Below the pieces are notes generated by a model, which was given only the letters and a program-made list of their open reading frames with translations, made no database searches and was not told where the DNA came from. A stretch of 59,792 nucleotides of DNA, filler included, from Malacoraja senta (lineage: Eukaryota), in the NCBI GenBank assembly GCA_038087875.1. It is 4 parts of 4 records of this genome, joined end to end, with 100 filler letters (N's around TTAATTAATTAA, not from the genome) between each part and the next. Parts side by side here need not be neighbours in the genome. Positions count along the whole stretch, not along the records: positions 1 to 21,571 come from JAXLNO010003413.1; 3 more parts are not named here. One strand, 5' to 3'. Positions 1 to 11,763 of this stretch are shown here, piece after piece. Positions within the stretch are counted from its first letter, which is position 1. Each line of letters starts with the position of its first letter. The translations under genes and the position numbers were made by a program.

Positions 1-426
1 AAGACGCTATTTGGTCTGCCCGAGCGTTGTTCACCACCCAGCAGAGCGAGATGTCCGTCAGGGAATGTTGCCGACTGGCCCGCTGCAGACTGCAGGAGTA
101 CGTGCTGAGGGACGCACTGAAGCTTGGTGCAGCCAACGCCAAGGCTCGATGGGGGAGGGGCCACAGTCTAGGGTCCTCCCGCTGCTGGACATGGGGGGGC
201 ACGGTATGGTGGAGACACCCCTCAAAATAAGGGAAGGTATCCCACGCCAGGGGGCCACATGAGTGGCACGGGTGGGGGACGGATTTGTGGAATTTGAAAA
301 AAAATGTATTAACTGCATTGGACAATTTGTATAGCCTCCGAAAATGCCGGATTAATTTTTCGCACGGTTCACGTATTGTATATATTTATTACTTGAATAA
401 AGTATATTTTGAATTTTTTTTAAAAA
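1..426 (+). mobile_element. 3' end of a Tx1/L1-clade LINE (ORF2 C-terminus, 3' UTR, short A tail)
   Basis: Translation ...ECCRLARCRLQEYVLRDALKLGAANAKARWG resembles the Tx1-type ORF2 C-terminus; AATAAA at 396-401 and A-run at 422-426. Confidence 0.75.
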
Positions 427-459
427 GGAGTGTCCAAGTGTGTGTCAGTGCTCAGAGTG

Positions 460-505
460 ATGGGGGTCGCTGCTTATCTCTGTCTCCTTCTGTCCTGTCT
501 GCCAG
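460..505 (+). pseudogene. IgW: IgH (IgW-type) leader exon
   Basis: ATG at 460, MGVAAYLCLLLSCLP(G), phase-1 donor G|GTGGGC at 505/506, 101-bp intron ending TTTTATTGGCAG at 606. Confidence 0.92.
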
Positions 506-606
506 GTGGGCGTCACCCCCACTCGGGGCCGAGCTACTTCTTGGACACTCTTTCACCCTCTGCCTCTTCAACTTTTTATTCAACATTGTTTCTCTTTTAT
601 TGGCAG

Positions 607-937
607 GAGTTCGATCCGCGGTCGTGCTGAATCAGACCCCGACCGGGGTGGCAAAGTCTGGAGGGTCCCTCAAACTGACCTGTGCAACCAGCGGGTTCAG
701 CCTCAGCAGCTACACTGGGTGAAACAGGTCTCCGGGAAAGGGCTGGAGTGGGTGGCGAGGATGAGGTATAATGGTGACAAAAATTACGCGCCTGTCTTCA
801 GCGGCCGATTCGAGGTTTCCAAGGACATCAGCAAAGTCTATCTCCAAATGAACGGCCTGAGACTGGACGACAACGGCCACCTATTACTGTGCGAGATGAC
901 AACTGGGGTGCAGGAACCTCGCTGACAGTGACTTCAG
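607..937 (+). pseudogene. IgW: Pre-joined VH-JH exon of IgW type, non-functional (frameshift in CDR1, +1 in FR3, out-of-frame junction)
   Basis: FR1 AVVLNQTPTGVAKSGGSLKLTCATSGFSLSSY in the leader frame; HWVKQVSGKGLEWV...RFEVSKDISKVYLQMNGLRLDD in a second frame; TATTACTGTGCGAGA (YYCAR, 882-896) back in the leader frame but after stop TGA 720-722; no CACAGTG heptamer after V. Confidence 0.93.
897..937 (+). pseudogene. JH segment fused directly to V
   Basis: T GAC AAC TGG GGT GCA GGA ACC TCG CTG ACA GTG ACT TCA G|GTAAG = DNWGAGTSLTVTS (WGxG motif) with a consensus phase-1 donor at 937/938. Confidence 0.93.
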
Positions 938-1639
938 GTAAGACCAATTCCTCAATTCCATTTTACCCAGTTGTGTTTCATTAATTTATGGTCTTTGGAA
1001 ATTCTGTAATTGACCTGAACTCGGTGAGATATTTGGAACAATTGCACGGATTTCCCGGAGACTGGCGGGTTTCTGCAGAGTTAGAATCTACCCAGCAACA
1101 GTACATTTCCCACCGCGTTGAACTGCCCCACAGGCTGTTCTTTCCCTGAGTCTCGCCATCATCTATCTTGTGCATGCCGACCAAGCTGGTTTTCTGGGCT
1201 CGTCCCTTTGGCCACATATCCTTCTCATCCATATATCGGATTTGTTTGATAATAAGAATTCTATCTACTTTTATAGTTTCCTCTGGCAACTCATTCCAGA
1301 TACTGCCTATTGAAGGCAGTCTGCCAAAAGCCACCCCAGCTCCCTGTCCACCTAACTCGCCACTCTCAGCGAACCATGCCCCTGCATTTCCACATCTGTC
1401 TGTTCTACAACACTCTCCGGGCTCTACCATTTAATGTGTAAGTCCAGCCCTGGTTTGATCGACCAAAGTTCAACACCCCCTCACAAGTCAGAGTTAAATT
1501 CCATTTCGCATTCCTTGGCTCACCTTCCCAGCTGATCTAGATCTTTTGGTAAACTTATCCTTCCTCACTGTCCACTGATTTTGGTGTCATCTGCAAACTT
1601 ACTATCAATGTCCACTATATTGTATGGCAAACTGTTAAT

Positions 1640-2300
1640 CAGATTCAGATTCAGATTATTTAATGACCACACAGTCAAGCTGGTGGAATTCATGTTCAGT
1701 ACAGGATGTTACACAATAGGCTGATTCCCGTCAAACATAACATAAAACACAACAACATACAGTATACAGTACATGCACAAGGTGGCTATGTGATGTTGTC
1801 ATAGAGTGTTCAGAGTTCGAATTGCATATGGGTAGAAACTGTTTTTAAATCGTGATGTTTTGGCGGGCAGTGAGCTGTAGCGCCTTCCTGACGGCAGCAG
1901 GTGGAAGATGTGGTGAGCTGGGTGGGAGGGATCAGAAATGATTTTCTTCACCCTTGACACAGACCGTTTGAGATTGAGTGAATCTATTGATGGGAGGGGG
2001 TGCTGATGATTTTGGATGCTTTGTTGACAATGCGCTGTAGTTTATTACGGGAGTGAGTGTCTAAGCTGCTGTACCAAACTGTTATTGATGAAGTGAGCAT
2101 GAAGTGATGAAGATGATGGCTGTGTAAAATCGGATTAGGAGATGTTTCCTCACTGAACTTCTTGAGCTGACGGAGAAAGAAAAGTCTTTGATTGGCTTTT
2201 TTATAAATGTGATCTGAATTGATTTTCCATTTGAGGTTATTGCTTATGTGAGTGCCAAGAAATTTTAATGTAGATAACAAACAACAGTGGTCTCAGCACT
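1640..2300 (-). mobile_element. Rex1/Babar-like LINE 3' fragment
   Basis: KFLGTHISNNLKW...KKANQRLFFLRQLKKF RT C-terminal motif; (GATTCA)n tail near 1640. Confidence 0.75.
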
Positions 2301-2319
2301 GACCCCTGCAGCAGTCCAC

Positions 2320-3980
2320 TTTCTCCAAGCTAATTTAGCTCATGTTGGGTTTCATATGATCTAACCTTCCACGCCAGCCCACCATGCCAGACCTATCAGG
2401 TTCATGAGGCACAATTTCCCAAACACAAGCCATGCAGTCCCTAATCCTTGGCCCACCCTACCAAGTGATCTAGATCTTCGTGTAAACTTAGGACTATCCC
2501 TAATCAGTCCGTGCCTGTCCAAATACTGGTAGTTGCTGTCATGAAGGACATTCCCACCAATGACGTCAGGCTCACTGGTGCAGATCCCTGGCTTGGCCCT
2601 AATGTCCTTCTTCAATTACACTTCAGTATCAGCCACCCTCCAGTCATTTGGAGATTAATCTGCAGCGGAAGATGATGTAAATACCTCTGACGGAAAGTAA
2701 ATTATTTTCCTGAGCTTCCCACAAGATCAGAGGATGCAGTTGTAAGGCACTGGGGATTTATCCACCGTAATGCACTTGAACGCTGCCATTAGCTCCTCCT
2801 TGGTCATTTGGTTATGATCTAAGACATCACAACTCCTATGATTCAACTCATTAGCTTCCATGATCTTCTCATTAGTTACTGCGGATAGGAAATATTCATT
2901 TAATATCTCGCCCATCTCTTGCGTCTACACGAAGGTGGCCATGCTGATCTGAATTTTAAGGGGACCTATTCTTCCCCAAACTACTTTATCGTTATTTGAC
3001 TATAGAGTCCCTCTTAGGGTTTTCCTTGACCTTGCCTGTCAGAACCATTTCATGGCCTCTTTATTGCCCAAGTGCATTCTTTAGTGTGTTCCTACGCTTC
3101 TTATACCCACTGAGGCATTCGCTTGAGCGCGACAGCCTTAATCTGAGGTATGTCTCCTGCTTTTATCTGACCAGAGACTCAACATCACTCAAAAACCAGG
3201 ATTCCTTGAACGTGCCAGACTTGCCCTTCACCCTAACATTAATAAGCTGCCCCTGCACTCTGGCTATCCCACTTTTGAAAGCCTCCCACATGTCAGCCAT
3301 CCCCTAACCACTAATAGACTCTCCCAAACAAACTCTGCAAGTTCCAGACCAGTGCTTCCAAAATCAGCCTTAACTCAGTTAGGATCTTCATTTGTGGGCC
3401 AGTTTCATGCTTCTCGATAACTACTTTAAAACTAGTAGAGGTGTAGGACGTAACTGCAGATGCTGGTTTAAACTGAAGATAGATACAAAAAGCTGGAATA
3501 ACTCAGCGGGTCAAACAGCATCTCTGGAGAGAGGGAAACTGTGACATTTAGGGTCGAGACCCTTCAGATTGAGAGTCAGGGGAAAGGACTCTCAGGCTGA
3601 AGAAGTCTTGACCTGAAACACCATCTATTCCTTTTCTCCAGAGATGCTGTCTGACCTGTAGAGGCACTCTAGCTTTTTGTGTTTAAAACTGGAAGCACTA
3701 TGGTCACTGGTCTAAAAATGCTTCCACACTGACATCTCATCCCTTGCCTCATATCTGAAGTGGAGGTTTAGTGTTGTATTCTCTATAGCGGTTCCAGCAG
3801 AACCCTCTTTGAGTTGATTAAGGAATCTTTCTGAGATGCGGTTAACAAATTCTATCTCATCCTAGCACTTAATATTGTGGGATACCCAGTCAATATGAGG
3901 GAAGTTTAAATCGCCCACTAATACCACACTATTATTCATCCAACTCAGCTAAAGGACAAGTACGGACACAATCAGATGAA
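2320..3980 (-). mobile_element. Degenerate CR1 LINE fragments, with a nested Penelope-derived short element (about 3440-3690)
   Basis: MGEILNEYF...VDKSP and GNVLHDSNYQYLDRHGLIRDS remnants of CR1 ORF2. Confidence 0.65.
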
Positions 3981-4019
3981 TGGCCCCGTTCTGTGCTCTG
4001 AGATTCAATGAATCTATTA

Positions 4020-5330
4020 TTTATTTTGTAAATCCAGTTGCAGTTGTATCAGATTACTATCTAAATGGTGTCAAGTTGGGAAAAGGGGAAGTACAACGGG
4101 ATCTGGGGGTCCTTGTTCATCAGTCTATGAAAGTAAGCATGCAGGTACAGCAGGCAGTGAAGAAAGCGAATGGCATGTTGGCCTTTATAACAAGAGGAAT
4201 CGAATATAGGAGCAAAGAGGTCCTTCTGCAGTTGTACAGAGCCCTAGTGAGACCACACCTGGAGTATTGTGTGCAGTTTTGGTCCCCTAATTTGAGGAAG
4301 GACATTCTTGCTATTGAGGGAATGCAGTGTAGGTTTAATTCCCGGGATGGCAGGACTGTCATATGCTGAGAGAATGGTGCAGCTGGGCTTGTACACTCTG
4401 GAGTTTAGAAGGATGAGAGGAGATCTCATTGAAACATATAAGATCATTAAGGGTTTGGACACGCTAGAGGCAGGAAACATGTTGCGGGAGTCCAGAACCA
4501 GGGGCCACAGTTTAAGAATAAGGAGTAAGCCATTTAGAACGGAGACGAGGAAACACTTTTTCTCACAGAGTTGTGAGTCTGTGGAATTCTCTGCCTCAGA
4601 GGGCGCTGGAGGCAGGTTCTCTGGATGCTTTCAAGAGAGCTAGATAGGGCTCTTAAAAATAGCGGAATCAGGGAATATGGGGAGAAGACAGGAACGGGGT
4701 ACTGATCGGGGATGATCAGCCATGATCACATTGAATGGCAGTGCTGGCTCGAAGGGCTGAAGGGCGTACTCCTGCAACTATTGTCTATTGTCTAAGACAT
4801 TGGTGAGACCGCATTTAGAATATTGTGTTCAGTTCTGGGCACCATGTTATAGGAAAGATATTGTCAAGCTTGAAAGGGTTCTGAAAAGTTTTACGAGGAT
4901 GTTGCCAGGACTAGAGGGTGTGAGCTGTAGGGAGAGGTTGAGTAGGCTGGGTCTCTGTTCCATGGCGCATGAGGATGAGGGGAGATCTTATAGAGGTATA
5001 CAAAATCATTAGATGCACGGATTCTTTTACCCAGAGTAGGGGAATCGAGGACATAGGTTCAAGGTGAAGGGGAAAAGATTTAATAGGAATCCGAGAGGTA
5101 ACTTTTGCACACAAAGGGTGGTGGGCGTATGGAACAAGCTGCCAGAGGAGGTAGTTGAGGTTGGGACTATCCCATCGTTTTATGAACCAGTTGGACAGGT
5201 ACATGGGTAGGACGGGTTTGGATGGTTATGGACCAAGCACAGGCAAGTGGGACTAGTGTAGCTAGGATATTGTTGGCCGGTGTGGACGAGTTGGGCCGAA
5301 GGGCCTGTTTCCACACTGTATCACTCTATG
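4020..5330 (+). mobile_element. Two adjacent 5'-truncated CR1 LINE 3' fragments
   Basis: RDLGV...KKANGMLAFI...[15 protein letters not shown] motifs; short-repeat tails near 4780 and 5330. Confidence 0.85.
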
Positions 5331-5530
5331 ACTCAATGTCTCCAATACCTGCTCCCGCAAAGAGATCCCATCAAACATATCCAGGTCAGACAAAGCACGA
5401 GTCAAATGCAGAATATATCTCCCCGTGTCACTGTGCTGTCAGCTACAGATTAGATACAACATTCCATCTGTCCTATCCCAACGCTCCCAGGGAAGGGACA
5501 GCACAGGTTAGAAAAGGAGTGAGGCTCCCT

Positions 5531-5642
5531 CCAACCTGTCCCCACACACACCCAGGTTACAGGTTAGTCACTGAGTGAAGTTCCCTCCAACCTGTCCCCA
5601 CACACACCCAGGTTACAGGTTAGTCACTGAGTGAAGTTCCCT
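5531..5642. repeat. Exact 56-bp tandem duplication within a degenerate elasmobranch-type tandem repeat
   Basis: CCAACCTGTCCCCACACACACCCAGGTTACAGGTTAGTCACTGAGTGAAGTTCCCT at 5531-5586 and 5587-5642. Confidence 0.9.
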
Positions 5643-6479
5643 TTACACTGTTACATACTCCCAGTGCAGGGACAGAGTGTTTGACACATAGTCAAGCTCC
5701 CTCTACATTGCTCTGTCAAACACTCCTTGTTTCAGAACACAGAAGGTTCTCTAGATTGTAAAACAAATTGATGCTGTTTGGTTCAAAAACAAAGGTTCAC
5801 AACAATGAATGATTTGAACATAATGAGAGAATGTTGTACATGGTTCTGGATGTGGGGTTTAGTACACCAGGTTTTCTTTGCATCTTGTATTGAATTTCAA
5901 CATTTAGAGATCCTTAGTAAGTCAATACCTTTTATTCTTCATTGTGAATTCACTGATGGTCGTAGATTAGATTCGGAGTCCAGTTACTTGGTGTTTTTGA
6001 TGTGAGTTTTGCTGCACAAAAGAACTGCTTTTTCTCAGTTCACAGACAGAGGAATGGCTCTAATTTCTGGGTTTGTCCAACATGTGCTTTGCTCCTTTAA
6101 CCAGGGCTGCTGGTGTCTCAGTGAATCTCAGTGGTCATTCACAGAGCACCTTTCATGGTGTCCCCGCACCTTTCACAGGCAGCGAGGCATGTTCACAGCA
6201 CAGCCGTGTTGTAATGAATGAATGGATGAATAAGTTTATTGGCCAAGTATTCACATACAAGGAATTTGCCTTGGTGCTCCGCCCGCAAGTGACAACGACA
6301 TACAGTGACAGTTAGGAATGACATGTAAAATAGTAAATATTAATAATAAAACATTGATTAAACATGTGAATTAATTATAATACCAGAGCAAAAGGAGGGT
6401 ACAGATTTTTGGTTATTGAGTAGAGCCACTACTCGTGGAAAAAAAACTGTTTTTATATCTGGCTGTGGCAGCTTTGACA

Positions 6480-7262
6480 GTCACTTTGGTGGCAAAAACA
6501 GGAAAGTAGACTATTACCTGAATGGTGGCCGATTAGGAAAAGGGGAGATGCAACGAGACCTGGGTGTCATGGTGCACCAGTCATTGAAAGTGGGCATGCA
6601 GGTGCAGCAGGGAGTGAAGAAAGCGAATGGTATGTTAGCATTCATAGCAAAAGGATTTGAGTATAGGAGCAGGGAGGTTCTACTGCAGTTGTACAGGGTC
6701 TTGGTGAGACCACACTTGGAGTATTGCGTACAGTTTTGGTCTCCCAATCTGCCATAGAGGGAGTACAGAGAAGGTTCACCAGACTGATTCCTGGGATGTC
6801 AGGACTTTCATATGAGGAAAGACTGGATAGACTCGGCTTGTACTCGCTGGAATTTAGAAGACTGAGGGGGGATCTTATAGAAGCTTACAAAATTCTTAAG
6901 GGGTTGGACAGGCTAGATGCAGGAAGATTGTTCCCGATGTTGGGGGAGTCCAGAACAAGGGGTCACAGTTTAAGGATAAAGGGGAAATCTTTTAGGACTG
7001 AGATGAGAAAAAAAAAATTACACAAAGAGTGGTGAATCTGTGGAATTCTCTGCCACAGAATGTAGTTGAGGCCAGTTCATTGGCTATATTTAAGAGGGTG
7101 TTTGTGGCCCTTGTGGCTAAAGGGATCATGGGGTATGGAGAGAAAGCAGGTACAGGATACTGAGTTGGATGATCAGCCATGATCATATTGAATGGCGGTG
7201 CAGGCTCGAAGGGCCGAATGGCCTACTCCTGCACCTATTTTCTATGTTTCTATGTTTCTATG
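6480..7262 (+). mobile_element. CR1 LINE 3' fragment
   Basis: RT C-terminal motifs and (TTTCTATG)n tail. Confidence 0.85.
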
Positions 7263-8219
7263 TGACATGGCTGTGGTTGTGGCTCACATTGTAGCCTCTG
7301 GCTGGCAGTGCTTTCTTCAGGTCGCTGCCACTGACAGGGTGCACGCTCACCATGCGGCACCCTCTCCTCTCACCAGCTGCTGCTTCCAAGGTGCAGTATG
7401 TTGGTGACTCCAGGGAGAAGGAGGAGGAGATGGCGGTGGAACAGGGAGTGGACAGCAGCAGGTGGGAGGGGAGGGAGCCTCATGGTGACCAAGCACGTCC
7501 TGTCGAGGATGGCAGCTTGAAGAAAGTGCTCATCCCGGGGGCTCCGTGAGCCGCAACAACACCAGCATCATGGACCATATGGTGGTGGGTGAAGAAGGGC
7601 TCACTTGCGAGTCGGAGGTGGAGTTGGAAGCCGGGGCTCTAAGCGGTCAGGAGCCATACGTGCAAGGGTGGTATTGGCAGGTCCGTCTGCTATATCCAAA
7701 ATCTGTTATAATGGGGTCTGTTAAAATGAGGGATTACTGTATCTCAATTCCCTGACTCATGAAGAGCTTTTTTTACCAACCTATTTACCTGTGACAACGC
7801 TTCCTGGGATCTGTGTACCTGTACTCCAAGATCCCTTAGTTGTACAACACTCCCCGGGCCCCAGCATTGAGGAAGGTCCACAACAGGCCAGATCCAGCAC
7901 CATTTGGCCCGGTGCGTGTGGATATGGTCCATCTGGCATCGTACCATGTGCTTCCTGACCTGGGATACATCACCCAGAGCACAGGCCGGTTTGTCCCTCT
8001 GGTTGGCAGAAGTTGCTTCGCCAGTGTGAGATCAGCATTTCACTGCTTGGTCATGCACGGTGTGAAAGGGATTGGGGAAAGGAACCAATTCTCTGTTCTG
8101 CCTGGCCTTCTCTCAGCCTGAATCACCTGCATTTACTCAGCAATCAGCATGAACCTGTTGCATGCGCTGGTAATAATCCATTTACTACAGAACCAATTGT
8201 TAATTTATTTACTTTTCAG

Positions 8220-8528
8220 AGATTAAGACCTTGCCTTCAGTCCACATCACCTCTTCCTGCAACACAGAATCTGACCAAGAGATCAGCATCCTCTGTCTGG
8301 TCAAGGACTACCAGCCTGAGATCATCAGTCAGACATGGTCCACCAGCAGTGGGGACATCACCACTGGAATCACAAAGTACCCACCTGTGTTGGGACAAAA
8401 CAACATGTACACAATGAGCAGCTTGCTGCGAGTCCCTGTGGCAGATTGGAACAAGAAAAACGTCTACTACTGCAAGGCAGGATACAAGCTGGACAACATG
8501 GTGAGAACGGAGTTCCAGAAGCCTCAAG
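8220..8528 (+). CDS. IgW: IgW CH1 exon (intact)
   Basis: Acceptor TTTACTTTTCAG|, phase 1 at both ends, donor G|GTTAGT; (E)IKTLPSVHITSSC...ISILCLVKDYQPE..QTW...WNKKNVYYCKAG: C1-set Cys/Trp/Cys plus an early Cys typical of light-chain linkage. Confidence 0.95.
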
Positions 8529-8876
8529 GTTAGTATGAGATTTTGTTGTCCATTTAAAGCTAATGATAGAACTGAAGTGGAAGCCTTTGTCGAACAATGT
8601 AGGAGGAAGCCAATTAATTATTTTGCTCATTCATTCTCCTCCTATCAGCCAGAGTGCTGCTGCACAAGGAAAAAGACAGTGAGAATTTATGTGGAAGGAG
8701 ATAATGGTGGGGGGTGGGGTGTTCACGGAGGAAGCATCTCGTCTTGAACTGCCTCCATTCTATCCACTGCTTTGTCTAATTCCTGCAGCTCTCTACCACC
8801 CCAAACACCTCCCTGCAGATCAGCTGCTGTGCACAGTCACACCTATTGTGCCCATGCACAGTGTGGAGATTGAAAC

Positions 8877-10920
8877 CATATATAATAACCATATAACCAT
8901 TACAGCACGGAAACAGGCCATCTCGGCCCTTCAAATCCGTGCCCAACACTTTTTTTTCCTTCTTTTCCCCCCCCCCTTCTTGTTTCTTACTTTCCCCTAG
9001 TCCCATCTACAGTACCTGCACTCAGACCATAACCCTCCATTCCTTTCCCATCCATATACCCATCCAATCTATTTTTAAAGGATAAAATCGAACCTGCCTC
9101 CACCACTTCCACTGGAAGCTCATTCCACACAGCTACCACTCTCTGAGTAAAGAAGTTCCCCCTAATGTTCCCCCTAAACTTCTGTCCCTTAATTCTCAAG
9201 TCATGTCCCCTTGTTTGAATCTTCCCTACTCTCAATGGGAAAAGCTTATCCACGTCCACTCTGTCTAACCCGCTCATCATTTTAAAGACTTCTATCAAGT
9301 CCCCTCTTAACCTTCTGCGCTCCAAAGAATAAAGACCTAACTTGTTCAACCTTTCTCTGTAACTTAGTTGCTGAAACCCAGGCAGCATTCTAGTAAATCT
9401 CCTCTGTACTCTCTCTATTTTGTTGACATCCTTCCTATAATTAGGCGACCAAAATTGTACTCCATACTCCAGAATTGGCCTCACCAATGCCTTGTACAAT
9501 TTTAACATTACATCCCAACTTCTATACTCAATGCTCTGATTTATAAAGGCCAGCACACCAAAAGCTTTCTTTACCACCCTATCAGGGAACTATGGTGAGA
9601 TTCCACCTTCAGGGAACTATGCACAGTTATTCCTAGATCCCTCTGTTCAACTGCATTCCTCAATTCGCTACCATTTACCATGTACGTCCTATTTTGATTT
9701 GTCCTGCCGAGATGTAGTACCTCACATTTATCAGCATTAAACTCCATCTGCCATCTTTCAGCCCACTCTGCCAAATGGCCTAAATCTCTCTGTAGACTTT
9801 GAAAATCGACTTCATTATCCACAACACCACCTATCTTAGTATCATCTGCATACTTACTAATCCAATTTTCCACACCATCATCCAGATCATTGATGTACAT
9901 GACAAACAACAGTGGACCCAACACAGACCGCTGAGGCACCCCACTAGTCACCGGCCTCCAACCTGACAAACAGCCATCCACCATTACTCTCTGGCATCTC
10001 CCATTCAGCCACTGTTGAATCCATCTTGCTACTCCACCATTAATACCCAACAATTGAATCTTCTTAACTAACCTTCCATGAGGAACCTTGTCAAAGGCCT
10101 TACTGAAGTCCATATAGACAACATCCACTGCTTTACCCTCATCAATTTCCCTAGTAACCTCTTCGAAAAATTCAAGAAGATTAGTCAAACATGACCTTCC
10201 AGGCACAAATCCATGTTGACTGTTCCTAATCAGACCCTGCTTATCCAGATGCTTATATATATTATCTTTAAGTATCCTTTCCATTAATTTGCCCACCACT
10301 GACGTCAAACTAACAGGTCTATAATTGCTAGGTTTACTCTTCGAACCCTTTTTAAACAACGGAACAACATGCGCAGTACGCCAATCCTCCGGCACTATTC
10401 CCATTTCTAATGACATTTGAAATATTTCTGTCATAGCCCCTGCTATTTCTACACTAACTTCCCTCAATGTCCTAGGGAATATCCTGTCAGGACCTGGAGA
10501 CTTATCCGTTTTCATATTTTTCAAAAGTGTCCGCACCTCCTCTTCTTTGAATCTCACAGTTTCCATTGCTACTCTGCTTGTTTCCCTTACCTCACATAAT
10601 TCCATATCCTTCTCCTTGGTGAATACCGAAGAAAAGAAATTGTTCAATATCTCCCCCATCTCTTTTGGCTCTGCAGATAGCTGTCCACTCTGACTCTCTA
10701 ATGGACCAATTTTATTCCTTGTTATCCTTTTGCTATTAATATAGCTGTAGAAACCCTTTGGATTTACTTTCACCTTACTTGCCAAAGCAACCTCATATCT
10801 TCTTTTAGCTTTTCTAATTTATTTCTTAATATTCTTTTTACATTCTTTATACTCCTCAAGCACCTCATTTACTCCATGCTGCCTATAATTATTGTAGATC
10901 TCTCTCTTTTTCTGAACCGT
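8877..10920 (-). mobile_element. CR1 LINE, 5'-truncated, RT region largely open
   Basis: ORFs 9571-10785 and 8987-9577 (GFVPGRSCLTNL, YMDFSKAFD, YADD); (TATAACCA)n tail near 8877. Confidence 0.95.
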
Positions 10921-11763
10921 GTCCAATTTCCCTTGAAAACCATGGCTATTTCCAATTTTTACTATTTCCTTCCTCACTCTTCCTGCAGTTTCCCTTCAAC
11001 CCTGCAGCCAACCCCTCACCAAGTGAAATCCAGTCTCCTTGTGGAAATGATATGAATCTGCTTCCACTCTCACTTTTAACCACTGCCTTCCAGTTCTGAT
11101 CAAATCATTGCTGCCATAAAAAAATATGTTTCTCGTCCATCTGACCTCCTTTCCTATTAAACTTAAAGTTGTGTCAGAAGGAATTGCAGATGTTGGTTTA
11201 AAGTGAAGATAGACAGCTGGAGTAACTCAGCGGGTCAGACAGCATCTCTGGAGAAATGGAGTTGGTGACGTTTTGGGTCGAGACCCTTCTTCAGACTGAG
11301 AGTCGGGAAAGGGAAAAGAGAGAAATAGACGGTGATACATTCATTTTCCGCTTGGGCACTTTGTCAAAGAGGTCCTTCCGCAGTTGTACAGGGCCCTAGT
11401 GAGACCACACCTGGAGTATTCCGGGAATTAACCTGATGAACCTACGCTGCACTCCCATTCTATTATTACAACCCATTTATAAGATTCAAATCCAACCCCT
11501 GGTATCCATTGGGTTCAGTGTACCAGAGGGGGGAAAATACTCAATTCAAGCTGCCTCCCTCTCCCCTCCACTAATTGCCTGTATATTCATTCATTTGCAG
11601 ACATTGCTGCTTCACATCCATATAACCATATAACCATATAACCATTACAGCACGGAAACAGGCCATCCAGTTGCCACTGGCCAGATTTCTTCATGCTCAG
11701 ACTCTAGTCAGCAAGGACCACCCAGAGATCGCAAGGCAGGAGATGTTTAAGGTGAATGGTGTG

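Noticed and set aside
325-332. ATTTGTAT, one mismatch from the Ig octamer, upstream of the leader
   Set aside because: Lies inside the Tx1/L1 3' UTR and is imperfect.
8857-8863. CACAGTG/CACTGTG heptamers here and at 17101-17107 and 45422-45428
   Set aside because: No nonamer at 12 or 23 bp and no adjacent V, D or J coding sequence.
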